Shown here: positions 25,937 through 34,931 of the stretch, piece after piece | Layout: the number at the start of each line of letters is the position of its first letter | How positions within the stretch are numbered: the first letter of the stretch is position 1 | IMG/VR virus record: IMGVR_UViG_3300050821_015552 | Span: 15,811-79,810 of that record | DNA: 64,000 nucleotides | DNA from: a virus | Reading direction: 5' to 3' (one strand) | Notes under the pieces: model-generated | The model's input: only the letters and a program-made list of their open reading frames with translations | Databases searched by the model: none | Told to the model about the DNA's origin: nothing | Position numbers and translations under genes: made by a program

Positions 25937-27088
25937 ATGACGCCTCTTCTGTCGTACCTGACGCCGACGCTCAATCGGCCGCAGACGCATCAATCGCTCT
26001 ACGAGGGCTACGCCGCCGACACCTGGCCCAACAAAGAGCTCGTGGTGCTCGACGAGAGCGCGCAGCCGTCGCCTTTCTTCTCGCGTCTGACGGACGCGAC
26101 CGTCCGCTACTTCCACGAGCCAGGCAAACCTCGCGTTGAAGGAGTCACGCGCATTGGGGCTGCACGCAACAGACTAACAAGGTTGTCGCGTGGCGCTTAC
26201 CTTGCTGCCAGGGACGACGACGATTCATACGATCCTGCGTGGGGCACATTCGCCATCGGGCGTCTAGGGAACGCAGACGCGCTTAAATTGACGACGTACA
26301 AGCTGCTTCATCAGGCAACCGGACTTCTGTTCCTCTGGCGGTCGACTGAGGTCGCGAGCAAACATTGGGCGCTGCTCGGCGATCGGATCAAGCGTGTCGA
26401 GGTCGCAGCGGGCGAGATGCCCGCTGACTTCATCGAGAAGATGAAGTTGTGGTACGGCTTCTCGCTCGTCGCGCCCAGGCGTACGTTCGAACGCTTCCCG
26501 TTCCCCGAGGAGGGGACCGAAGACATCAAGTTCTTGGAGGATGTTCTCGAAGGAGGCGGGCGCATCGTATTCGTGGACGACGCGCCCGACATGATCCTTC
26601 ACGTCATCGGCAGTTCCCAATCGCAACACGCCTATCCGGCGACCCTCATCGGCGCCGCAGGAGCCGATACTTCGCTCGCCGAGATGCTGCAGGGCATGAT
26701 CTCCCTACCCGATGGGCAGTCGATCCAGATCACACCTGCAGCCAAGTTCGCCGTCCTGGCAGCTATCGACGAAAAATACTCGCTCCGGAACATCGGCATC
26801 CGCGCCAAGGACGGCGGCCTGGTCATCGACTCGATCCGGGACAACGTCCCGCCGGGTGAGTTCGGCGCTGCCGCTCCGCCAGACGGGATGCGCCTTGTGC
26901 TCGCCGTCGGAGAGGGGACCAAGGCCAAGACGCTGCCGTGGAAGGCCCCCGGTTTCCTGTCGGCGTTCGAGAAGAGCCACGTCGTCAAGGCCTGGTCGTC
27001 GGCTCCTTTTGTGGGGGCGGGCGAAGCGTGCGACACTCTGCCCATGCACGGGTACGCAGCGGCCATCTTCGGACGGAGGGTGCGATGA
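25937..27088 (+). CDS. GT2 glycosyltransferase with additional C-terminal domain
   Basis: YLTPTLNR, LVVLDES, IGAARN, RDDDD, GTED. Confidence 0.82.
   Translation: MTPLLSYLTPTLNRPQTHQSLYEGYAADTWPNKELVVLDESAQPSPFFSRLTDATVRYFHEPGKPRVEGVTRIGAARNRLTRLSRGAYLAARDDDDSYDPAWGTFAIGRLGNADALKLTTYKLLHQATGLLFLWRSTEVASKHWALLGDRIKRVEVAAGEMPADFIEKMKLWYGFSLVAPRRTFERFPFPEEGTEDIKFLEDVLEGGGRIVFVDDAPDMILHVIGSSQSQHAYPATLIGAAGADTSLAEMLQGMISLPDGQSIQITPAAKFAVLAAIDEKYSLRNIGIRAKDGGLVIDSIRDNVPPGEFGAAAPPDGMRLVLAVGEGTKAKTLPWKAPGFLSAFEKSHVVKAWSSAPFVGAGEACDTLPMHGYAAAIFGRRVR
27005..27078 (+). repeat. Dispersed repeat copy 1 (promoter + MHGYAxAIxGR), other copy at about 32525-32597
   Basis: CTTTTGTGGGGGCGGGCGAAGCGTGCGACACTCTGCCCATGCACGGGTACGC vs CTTTTGTCGGCGCGGGCAAAGCGTGGGATGCTCTCCCCATGCACGGCTACGC. 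Confidence 0.8.
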
Positions 27089-27651
27089 GTCCAGAGGCGG
27101 CCAGCACGGCCAAAACAGCCATCTACGTCGTCGGCGGGCTCGTCGTGTTCACGACAATCGTCGGCGTTGCCATCTTCGCGGTCGGTGCGAAGGCGGTGAG
27201 TAACGCCGCCAACAACAACAACAACGGCAAGACGCTCGCAACCGGCTCGACCTCGGCGCCCTTCGTCGTTCCGCAGAACGACTTCATCGTCATCTCCTAC
27301 GTCAACGGGCCGTATCCGTTGCCAACAGTTGCCCAGGCGCAGGCAGCGCTCGACGCTGTGTCGCCTGGCATGTGGCAGGTGCAGAACGTTCAGGAGGGGG
27401 CCGCGGGTACCTGGCAGCACCAGGGCGCGTTCGATGTGAGCGCGATCTATCTCGGTGGTCCATCCACGTACGTGACCAACGACGCGCTACTGAGCGGGTG
27501 GACGACCGTCGTGGCGCAGCCGAACTCGGGTCTGTCGTGGACGCCCAACACTCCGGCCTTCGCACTTACTGCCGTGCAGGACTTCGGCCCGTCGGGCACC
27601 GGGTCTGGTGCGGCACAAGGCTATGCCGCCGCCATCGGGGTCGGACGATGA
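27085..27651 (+). CDS. Putative virion membrane protein, N-terminal TM
   Basis: IYVVGGLVVFTTIVGVAIFAVG; ends GYAAAIGVGR. Confidence 0.75.
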   Translation: MSPEAASTAKTAIYVVGGLVVFTTIVGVAIFAVGAKAVSNAANNNNNGKTLATGSTSAPFVVPQNDFIVISYVNGPYPLPTVAQAQAALDAVSPGMWQVQNVQEGAAGTWQHQGAFDVSAIYLGGPSTYVTNDALLSGWTTVVAQPNSGLSWTPNTPAFALTAVQDFGPSGTGSGAAQGYAAAIGVGR

Positions 27652-28016
27652 GCTACGCAGACGCCATCTTCGGGGCCGGCAAACACACTTCGACGCTCGG
27701 CCCGCGTGGCGAGCCGCTCGGAGCCGCCGAGGTCGTCGAGCGCTACGATCCGAAGCGGTACGCCGGTCGTGAGCCGCCGCATCGGTGCACGGTCGCATCG
27801 GCGACAGCGATTGCGCAGCAGCTACCGGGGGCGCCGTGGAAGTTCCAAGGTGAGCTGCCCGTGGGATCGGCGCTGCCGTGGCCGACGACCGAGCACGTCT
27901 ACCCAGTCGTGACCCCGATGGGGAAGAAGAACATCCCCGTGCAGGTGACCGCCGACGGTCAGCACATCTCGACAACCTGCCCGTACACCGGGGCCGTCTG
28001 GACCTTCGGGAAGTAG
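27648..28016 (+). CDS. Putative virion protein starting MSYADAIFGAG
   Basis: ATGA coupling; shared motif. Confidence 0.7.
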   Translation: MSYADAIFGAGKHTSTLGPRGEPLGAAEVVERYDPKRYAGREPPHRCTVASATAIAQQLPGAPWKFQGELPVGSALPWPTTEHVYPVVTPMGKKNIPVQVTADGQHISTTCPYTGAVWTFGK

Positions 28017-28022
28017 TCCACC

Positions 28023-28712
28023 ATGCCGGCCAAGTTTCTTCCGCGGGAGCAGCCGCCCGAGCATAGATGCTCGTGTTGCCGCGAGTTGAAGCCCAGAGAG
28101 TCGTTCAACAAAAACCACCGGACGCCTAGCGGCCTGCAGTACGTGTGCAAAGAGTGTCTTCGTACGAATCGTGTCCCATACCGAAAGAAGCGCCTAGAGA
28201 AGGAAAAGCGCATGCGTGCGGAACGGATGGGGACCGAGGAGCACGTACGCTTCTTGCGCAAGCATCGAGGCTTCAAGTACCACGTTGACGTTGAAGCGTT
28301 GTGGGTCGAGCAGGGCGGACTTTGCGGCCTGTGTGGGGAACCCATGCTGCCGGCCGGCAATTCGTTGGATGCCGTTGCCGTGGATCATGATCGTGCGTGC
28401 TGTCCCACAAACAAATTCTCGTGCGGACAATGCGTGCGTGATTTGATCCACAAGCGATGCAATGTTTTGCTGGGGCACGCAAAAGACAACCCCGTCACGT
28501 TGCGTCGCGCGGTCGGCTATATCGAGCGCTGGAGCGGCCGAAAGCGTGGCGTGATGAAGTGGAGAAAGAAAGACGTTGGGGTGCGGGCACCACAGATTCG
28601 GGCGGAGAACGCCAAGTTGTTTCGCCAGCAGTCGCATGACTGGTTCTCGGCGATCCTCTTAGACCGCACCCTCGATCAGTTCGTCGCAGAAGATGTCGGG
28701 ACGCTCCAATGA
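28023..28712 (+). CDS. Endonuclease VII-like HNH homing endonuclease with N-terminal Zn ribbon
   Basis: CSCCRELKP...CKEC; CGLCG...VDHD...VRDLIHKRCNVLLG-AKDN...RAVGYI; low GC. Confidence 0.88.
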   Translation: MPAKFLPREQPPEHRCSCCRELKPRESFNKNHRTPSGLQYVCKECLRTNRVPYRKKRLEKEKRMRAERMGTEEHVRFLRKHRGFKYHVDVEALWVEQGGLCGLCGEPMLPAGNSLDAVAVDHDRACCPTNKFSCGQCVRDLIHKRCNVLLGHAKDNPVTLRRAVGYIERWSGRKRGVMKWRKKDVGVRAPQIRAENAKLFRQQSHDWFSAILLDRTLDQFVAEDVGTLQ

Positions 28713-29287
28713 ACAACACCGCCCGCTACGCCGTGTGGATGGCCAGCCTCGGAGTCCTGGGGGCCGGCGGCGGCTATCTCCTGCGCAAGGACGCCAAGAG
28801 AAACGCCATCGTCGGCGGCGCGGTCGGCGGCCTGGTCTCTGGTCTCGGCCTGGGTGTCGTGCTCGCGTACCTGACGGAGCCGAGCCCCGCCAGCAAGATC
28901 GCTGGCTCCAAGTCTCCGCCCGCTGGCGGCTGCCCCGCGGGGACGTACTGGAACGGCAACGCGTGCATCCATCAGGTCGTCTTCCAGGGGCCGCAGCCGC
29001 CGCAGCAGATGACGAGCCTGACGCTCGACGCCGGCAACCTGAGCCCGCCGCCGATCAAGACCTACTCCGGCATCTTCAACGTCTACTCGCCCCCGGTGCA
29101 GGGAAACACGGGTGGCGGCTGGATCAACTCAGCGTCGTCCAACCCGGCTATCTGGACCCCGCTGGTCAACTACCAATCGAGCTCGCTGCAGGTTCTGTTG
29201 ACGGATGTCGCGGGTACGGTCTCGGTCGTCTGGTACGACGCGGCCAGCGGCCGGACGCTCACGACGAACCTGCGGTTCGTGGCGTAG
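28709..29287 (+). CDS. Putative virion membrane protein (2 N-terminal TMs, Cys mini-domain)
   Basis: Glycine-zipper TMs; CPAGTYWNGNAC. Confidence 0.75.
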   Translation: MNNTARYAVWMASLGVLGAGGGYLLRKDAKRNAIVGGAVGGLVSGLGLGVVLAYLTEPSPASKIAGSKSPPAGGCPAGTYWNGNACIHQVVFQGPQPPQQMTSLTLDAGNLSPPPIKTYSGIFNVYSPPVQGNTGGGWINSASSNPAIWTPLVNYQSSSLQVLLTDVAGTVSVVWYDAASGRTLTTNLRFVA

Positions 29288-29289
29288 AT

Positions 29290-29325
29290 TCGACCCCGGC
29301 CAGGAAGCGGCGTAGTCTCAGCGAC
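29290..29325 (+). promoter_or_regulatory. Leaderless promoter
   Basis: TCGACC-N17-TAGTCT-N7-ATG. Confidence 0.6.
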
Positions 29326-30054
29326 ATGACTCGTGGAGAGAAGATCCTCGCCTGGGGCGCCGCCGGCATCACCGCGGTCCTGGTGACTTTCGGCATCATC
29401 GAGGCGGTCAAGTCCAAGCCCTCTTTGTCGACCCCTACGACGACCGGCACCACGATGTCGATCCTGCTGACCGCCCCCTCGGGCGCTCAGAACCTCGGCA
29501 TCGTCGCGCTGCCCGCAGGAGCCACGCTCATCTTGGGCGCTCCGCAGGGAGGCAGCGTCGGCAACGTGTCGTTCACCGGTACGGCCGCGAAGGTTGCTGC
29601 TCAGACCGGGACCGCTGTTTCGATCCAGTGGACCAGCCAGAGCCCCACGGGCCCCTCGCAGGCCACGATTACGTGGACCGACGCCGCCAACGCCTCGCAC
29701 ACGTCCACCGTGCAGATCGTGCCCGAGCTGTCCTCGACGGTCATCGGCCTGGCCGTCGGCACGATGCCCGATCTCTGGCTGCCGGCGTCGAGCTCCACGG
29801 TCACCGGAGAGATGCTCTTCGTGCCGCCCGCGCAACAGTCCACCGACAGGCAGCTGCCGGTCATCAACAACGGATCGGTGACCACGGGCACGAGCGTTAC
29901 CGGAACGTTCATGCCCGGCACCACAGCGTCTCCCGGGGGCAGCTTCGGCGTCGTGGCCGCAGCCAACGGGACGAGCAACGTGGCGATCAACTGGACCGAC
30001 GGCTCGGGCAACTCGCAGGTGTCGAACTTCGCCGTGACCGTGCTGCCGAACTGA
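29326..30054 (+). CDS. Putative virion membrane protein, N-anchor + two Ig-like repeats
   Basis: MTRGEKILAWG...KSKP anchor; repeated I.WTD....S..S ends. Confidence 0.75.
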   Translation: MTRGEKILAWGAAGITAVLVTFGIIEAVKSKPSLSTPTTTGTTMSILLTAPSGAQNLGIVALPAGATLILGAPQGGSVGNVSFTGTAAKVAAQTGTAVSIQWTSQSPTGPSQATITWTDAANASHTSTVQIVPELSSTVIGLAVGTMPDLWLPASSSTVTGEMLFVPPAQQSTDRQLPVINNGSVTTGTSVTGTFMPGTTASPGGSFGVVAAANGTSNVAINWTDGSGNSQVSNFAVTVLPN

Positions 30055-30056
30055 CG

Positions 30057-30323
30057 ATGGTCTGGACGGCCATCCTCGCCGCCTGGATCACGCTCGGCTT
30101 GGGCCGGATGCCGTACGTGTGGGCCGAGATGCTCTCGGGCATGCGCAAGAAGTACCCGGAGCTATACGAGCACGTGAACTGCCCCCATTGCCGCCGCAAG
30201 AGGGCCTGGACCCGTTGGCACTCGTACATCGTCGCGACACTCATCCTGCTTCCCATCGCGGCGCTGGTGGGCCCCTTTGGGTGGTGGTTCGGTCGTCTTG
30301 GCCAAGGGACGAAGTTGTCGTGA
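30057..30323 (+). CDS. Small 2-TM protein
   Basis: Two hydrophobic helices flanking CPHC. Confidence 0.6.
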   Translation: MVWTAILAAWITLGLGRMPYVWAEMLSGMRKKYPELYEHVNCPHCRRKRAWTRWHSYIVATLILLPIAALVGPFGWWFGRLGQGTKLS

Positions 30324-31873
30324 GACCGCAGCACGTCAGAGGCCTTCTCGGCGCAGGCGACGCCGCCTCTGCTGGCCAGCAGTATCTCGCCAACCTCAAG
30401 ACGAGCTACACGCGGCAGGGCGACGAGTACGTCCTGAACACCGCGCAGGCCACGGCCGGCGTGAGCTTCCAGGGTCTGGACTTCTCAGCCACCGTCGCGG
30501 CTCTGGCGCGCGGGGATATCCCGGGCGCGGTCGAGGCGGCCGATTCGGCCATCGTGGCCTACGCCTCGCTGTCGGTGCCGGTGGCAGGTCTGGTCGTGGC
30601 CGGATTCACTGCGCTCGTCGCGGCAGCATGGAGTGGGCAGTCGCCTCCTTGCACCGCCGTCGGATGCGGCTCCACGTTCGGCATGGGCGAGTGTCCCACC
30701 GACAGCACCCTGGACTTCACCTGGGCCGGCATCGCGAGCTCGCAGGTCGCGCCCGTGCCGCCCGCGCAGCCATACCACTTCAGCGGCGGTCCGGACACGG
30801 GCCCCTCCAACCTCATCGACTGGGGCAGCTACGACTGGCAGGACTCGACGCCGCTGGATCCCACCAAGCCAGGCGGCCCCGGATCGTTCGAGCAGGCCCT
30901 CGAGCTTGTGGTGATGCAGGTCTGGGATCGCCTCGCGAGCGCGCCGCAGATTTGCGACATCATCCGGGCCTCGGGCCTCAATCCGAGCCTGACCGATATC
31001 GCGACCGGACAGCAGCTGCAGGCCACCATCTGGGGGACGCTCGCGACCAACATCGGCGCGCTGGTGCCCGTGTTCCTCGCCGGCTGGAACGCCGCTCACG
31101 GCACCGGCACCATCACGACCAACGTGCCGTGCACGCAGGCGAGCTGCGAGGCAGCCGGCGGTATCTGGATCGCGAGCGACAGCCAGTGCGGGCGCGGTGG
31201 CGTTGCGGTGCCGTGCACCACGACCACGCTCGCGCCGCAGCGGCAGATTTCGCACGTGGTCGGCAGCAGGCAGTGGAACGATCCGCTCTCCGTGGCGCTC
31301 GAGGCGCTCGCGCAGATCCAGGGACTGCCGGTCGGCTCGACGCTGGTGCTCATGGTCAACAGCGGTCCCCCGGGTGGACAGATCAGCGGCTGGGATCCGC
31401 ACATCGGCAACCACCCGCCGTCGAAGACGAGCGGCCTGGCTATCGTCGGTGGCGCCATCGCCGTCGTCGCTGTCGCCGCCGGAGGCTTCTCGCTCTGGGC
31501 CTACTTGACGGGCCAGGCGCAGAGCGAGGCGTGGAAGAAGCTCGGGCGCACCGTCTGGGACGAGGCGGCCAAGAGCGGCGAGCCGTTGGTGTCGGCGAAT
31601 CCTTTGAAGGGGGCGAAGCTGCTGGGGGCAGGGGAGGCGGCGGAGGAGCCGAAGAGGAGCGGGCACTCGCGACCGCAGTCGCTGCTCTTCCCGCGCGATC
31701 GCTTCACGAAGCGAGAAGCGCTCGCATGGTCCCGCAGCCATGGCTTCAAGGCATCGAAGGCCGACCCGACCGCGAACTATTGGCGCGTACGCCAATTCAG
31801 CCCGGCAAAGGGGACCGTCGTCGCGACCATCCCGTTCGGGAGCGGTGGAATCAAGGCGACAATCGCCCGCTGA
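30320..31873 (+). CDS. Large putative virion membrane protein
   Basis: N-terminal LLGAG, Cys-rich ectodomain, TM near aa 375-395, second LLGAG then basic QSLLF...WRVRQ domain. Confidence 0.78.
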   Translation: MRPQHVRGLLGAGDAASAGQQYLANLKTSYTRQGDEYVLNTAQATAGVSFQGLDFSATVAALARGDIPGAVEAADSAIVAYASLSVPVAGLVVAGFTALVAAAWSGQSPPCTAVGCGSTFGMGECPTDSTLDFTWAGIASSQVAPVPPAQPYHFSGGPDTGPSNLIDWGSYDWQDSTPLDPTKPGGPGSFEQALELVVMQVWDRLASAPQICDIIRASGLNPSLTDIATGQQLQATIWGTLATNIGALVPVFLAGWNAAHGTGTITTNVPCTQASCEAAGGIWIASDSQCGRGGVAVPCTTTTLAPQRQISHVVGSRQWNDPLSVALEALAQIQGLPVGSTLVLMVNSGPPGGQISGWDPHIGNHPPSKTSGLAIVGGAIAVVAVAAGGFSLWAYLTGQAQSEAWKKLGRTVWDEAAKSGEPLVSANPLKGAKLLGAGEAAEEPKRSGHSRPQSLLFPRDRFTKREALAWSRSHGFKASKADPTANYWRVRQFSPAKGTVVATIPFGSGGIKATIAR

Positions 31874-31875
31874 TT

Positions 31876-31911
31876 TTCGCGCCCTGACGAGGCGGTGGTA
31901 CGCTGCTCCTC
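31876..31911 (+). promoter_or_regulatory. Leaderless promoter
   Basis: TTCGCG-N17-TACGCT-N7-GTG; same TTTTCGCGC -35 context at 15984. Confidence 0.6.
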
Positions 31912-33147
31912 GTGGCCGACTCGCCTACCATCGCGTCCGACATCGCCGCGGGCGTGAAGGTCGACCATCGGCCCTGGCCCGGCACCAAGCCGGGCTTGCG
32001 GATCACCCGTGAGCAGATGGCCAAGAAGATCCGCGAGGGCATGCACACACCCAGCGTGCGCGCCCTCGCCGGGCAGATCCTGCGCGACGCGGGCTTCCCG
32101 ACGACGATCCGCGCGAAAGCCGAGGCCCTGCGCAGCTACGTGAAGAAGAACGTCGGCTACGCGCCTGACCCGATATTTTCGGAGATGGTCGTCGCGGCGC
32201 CTGTGACTCTTTGTTTGGACGATGGGATCATGTGCATGCCCATTGGAGATTGCGACGACGCCACCGTGGCGTGCCAGTCGCTCATCGGCGCGGCCGGCAT
32301 GGACGCGCGGTTCTTCCACATCGACTACGGCTCCGGCGTGCAGACGCACATGATGGGTGCCGTACGCGATGAGACGGGCAAGTGGCTCGAGGTCGACGCG
32401 ACGACCGATCGCCCGGTCGGCTACGAGACCAGCTGCACGCGCAAGGTGCTGGTCGATCCGTTCGACGACAAGACCTTCGATCTGATGGGCGCCGCAGGGG
32501 GCAGTTTCATCGGCGTGGGCAAGGCTTTTGTCGGCGCGGGCAAAGCGTGGGATGCTCTCCCCATGCACGGCTACGCCTCAGCCATCCTCGGCCGCTCGGT
32601 CGGCGCTGGGGCTGCACTGCCGACGCTTCAGCCGTGCTACCAGTTCGTGCTCTACATCGATCTGCAGGGCGCGACCGCCGACGATCTGGTGGCCTCGTTT
32701 CCGTGGACCTCGTCGGTACAGAACCTCGCAGTGAACACGAACGAGACGCCCAACTCGGTGTCTGGTACGTGGATTGGCTCGTCGCCCCTTGCGGTGCCCG
32801 CGAGCATTCCTGTGGCGCACGACTTCGGTGGCAACACGGGGTATCAGACGGTGCAGGTGCTCGTCCAGAGCGGCATCATCGGCGCCAGGGACACGTCGGG
32901 AGCGTGCGCTCCGATTCAGATCCATCTTCCGCCGGGTCACACGAGCGGTGGCAACACGGGTGGCGCCCCGATCCACACGGGCAGCACTTACCATGGTGGA
33001 ACCGCCACAGGCGGCACGGGCGGCACGCAGTCCAGCACCGGCCTGTCGACGGGCGCCAAGGTCGGCCTCACGCTGGGCGCCGTCGCGCTGCTCGGTGGCG
33101 GCGCGTTCGCGGCGTACAAGGCCGGATGGTTCGGGAGAGCAGCATGA
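31912..33147 (+). CDS. Transglutaminase-like (papain-fold) enzyme fused in frame to a TM-anchored domain
   Basis: GDCDD (Cys), THMM (His), WLEVDAT (Asp) triad; C-terminal TM. Confidence 0.85.
   Translation: MADSPTIASDIAAGVKVDHRPWPGTKPGLRITREQMAKKIREGMHTPSVRALAGQILRDAGFPTTIRAKAEALRSYVKKNVGYAPDPIFSEMVVAAPVTLCLDDGIMCMPIGDCDDATVACQSLIGAAGMDARFFHIDYGSGVQTHMMGAVRDETGKWLEVDATTDRPVGYETSCTRKVLVDPFDDKTFDLMGAAGGSFIGVGKAFVGAGKAWDALPMHGYASAILGRSVGAGAALPTLQPCYQFVLYIDLQGATADDLVASFPWTSSVQNLAVNTNETPNSVSGTWIGSSPLAVPASIPVAHDFGGNTGYQTVQVLVQSGIIGARDTSGACAPIQIHLPPGHTSGGNTGGAPIHTGSTYHGGTATGGTGGTQSSTGLSTGAKVGLTLGAVALLGGGAFAAYKAGWFGRAA
32563..33147 (+). CDS. Possible nested in-frame gene (194 aa membrane protein MHGYASAILGRSVGAG...)
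   Basis: TTGTCG-N17-GATGCT-N6-ATG inside the transglutaminase-like ORF. Confidence 0.5.
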   Translation: MHGYASAILGRSVGAGAALPTLQPCYQFVLYIDLQGATADDLVASFPWTSSVQNLAVNTNETPNSVSGTWIGSSPLAVPASIPVAHDFGGNTGYQTVQVLVQSGIIGARDTSGACAPIQIHLPPGHTSGGNTGGAPIHTGSTYHGGTATGGTGGTQSSTGLSTGAKVGLTLGAVALLGGGAFAAYKAGWFGRAA

Positions 33148-33842
33148 CCAGCCTCGAGAAAGCGTTGGCGTGGGGCCTCGGGATCGTGACGACTGGGCTC
33201 GTCATCCTCGGCATCTACGAGGAGACCAAGAGCAAGCCGGCCAACTCGAACACCGTCACGACGACCCTCACCCCCGGCCACCGCTACAGCTTCCAGGCTT
33301 CCTGCCCGACCGCGTTCCCCGCGCTGCCGCCCGCCGGGTCGACGACCGCTGTAGCGGCGCTGCTCGGCCTGACCGGTGTCTCGATCCTGACCTACCTGCC
33401 CGCCGCCGACGGCAAGAGCTTCACGGTCACGTTCGACTACACGGGGCTCGCGATGACGCTGCCGCCTATTCAGTCGGGCGGCGCGACGTCGTGCACCTCG
33501 CAGCTGGTCGATCTGGGCGTCTCGCCTAGCACGGGCGGCACGCAGCAGGGTGGTGTCGCCAGTCAAGGGGGCCTCAATCTCGTCAACCAGGGGCAGCTGC
33601 CCGCCGCCCAGAACCTCGACCTGACGTCCGGCTCCACGGGCGTCGCCCACGCCACGACCAATGGCGCACTACAGGTCATCGCGCCGTGGAGCATCGCAAG
33701 CGTTTCGCCCTCGCCCGCCTACCAGGGCGCCGCGGCGATCTCGGGCAACACCGCACGCATGGTGCTGACGGGAACGCCCGCGCTCTTCGACATCACTGGG
33801 CCGCCGCCGGCCTCGCCGATCGTCACGGTGAGGGTGCAGTGA
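33144..33842 (+). CDS. Putative virion membrane protein, N-anchor paralogous to 29326
   Basis: MTSLEKALAWGLG...KSKP. Confidence 0.75.
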   Translation: MTSLEKALAWGLGIVTTGLVILGIYEETKSKPANSNTVTTTLTPGHRYSFQASCPTAFPALPPAGSTTAVAALLGLTGVSILTYLPAADGKSFTVTFDYTGLAMTLPPIQSGGATSCTSQLVDLGVSPSTGGTQQGGVASQGGLNLVNQGQLPAAQNLDLTSGSTGVAHATTNGALQVIAPWSIASVSPSPAYQGAAAISGNTARMVLTGTPALFDITGPPPASPIVTVRVQ

Positions 33843-34642
33843 GCTACGAGCGGGCCATCTACGGAGCGGGCGCCGCCTCCCCCGGCGACGTCCTGTCGTA
33901 CCGCGCGCTGTGGGACGACTACGTGCTGCAGACGGTGTGCGCCTACAACGCGCTCGCTTGGGCCCTGGGCTTTCTCATCCAGGGCCAGTCCCCTCCGAAC
34001 ACCATCGACGTTACGGCGACCGGGATCGCCGGCATCCCCTACTGCGTGCGGACGATCCCGACGTGGAACTACCAGCTGCCGCTGGTCGACACGACGCAGT
34101 TCGGAGACAACCCGCCCACGGTGGCGGAGCTGACGAGCGTGCAGACCGCCGCGATCGGTTCAGCATCGGCGCTGCTCGACAGATGGAACGTGTGGAGCGG
34201 CCTGTCCGACTACGAGATCGTGCAGGACGCGGCGCAGATCCTCACGTCCATGCAGGGCGTCGTCAGCGACACGGGCAACACCGAGCGTCCCTACCTGTCC
34301 AAGTACAGCCCCGCGCTCGGCGCGGCGATCGTGCAGGGCCCCAGCCAGAGCAAGCAGGCGCAGATCATCGCGCAGCTCGAGGGCGCCAAGATCGTGGCGG
34401 GCGGAGTGCTAACCGTCTTCGGCTTCGGCCTGCAGGGAGCCATCGACTCCACCGCGACTCTTGGCCAGTGGACCGCGCAGCACGTCAAGGATCTCGGGGA
34501 GGGCGCGACGGGTCTGGCGGCCTTCCTGCTCAACCCGTGGACCATCGGCATCGCGGCGGTGCTCATCGTGGGCGGCGCCGGGCTCGCCGTCTACAACGCC
34601 GAGAAGGTGGCGAAACTCACTGCGGCTTTCAGGCCGATTTAG
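33839..34642 (+). CDS. Putative virion membrane protein starting MSYERAIYGAG, C-terminal TM
   Basis: GTGA coupling; helical body; WTIGIAAVLIVGGAGL. Confidence 0.75.
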   Translation: MSYERAIYGAGAASPGDVLSYRALWDDYVLQTVCAYNALAWALGFLIQGQSPPNTIDVTATGIAGIPYCVRTIPTWNYQLPLVDTTQFGDNPPTVAELTSVQTAAIGSASALLDRWNVWSGLSDYEIVQDAAQILTSMQGVVSDTGNTERPYLSKYSPALGAAIVQGPSQSKQAQIIAQLEGAKIVAGGVLTVFGFGLQGAIDSTATLGQWTAQHVKDLGEGATGLAAFLLNPWTIGIAAVLIVGGAGLAVYNAEKVAKLTAAFRPI

Positions 34643-34651
34643 GAGCAGCAA

Positions 34652-34894
34652 ATGAACGATCGACTTCTGGGCGCTGGCGTCGTCAGCAGCAAGACCATCA
34701 GCAACACGAGCATCGCGGCCCTGGGGCTCGAGACCGCGGGGGCAGCCGGCGTCGTCGTCGGAGGTGCAACGCTCGCCTTCGGCGGCAGTCCGAGGGCGGC
34801 GGGGATCGCGGCGGTCATCGGTGCGGTGCTCGGCGGGGCGTTCGGCAGCTGGCTGGGCTACGAGATCAAGGCGAGCTTCCCTAGCGCGCCCTGA
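34652..34894 (+). CDS. Small glycine-zipper membrane protein
   Basis: AGGAG RBS; LLGAG; GxxxG TMs. Confidence 0.7.
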   Translation: MNDRLLGAGVVSSKTISNTSIAALGLETAGAAGVVVGGATLAFGGSPRAAGIAAVIGAVLGGAFGSWLGYEIKASFPSAP

Positions 34895-34931
34895 ATTTGC
34901 ACGTCGGGCCGTTCTGTAGGACTCTGGAGCC

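Noticed and set aside
27211-27225. (AAC)5 microsatellite as a phase-variation site
   Set aside because: In-frame triplet encoding a poly-Asn linker; slippage would not switch expression
27005-32600. Repeat pair as DGR template/variable repeat
   Set aside because: Mismatches are not adenine-specific and no reverse transcriptase is present in the window
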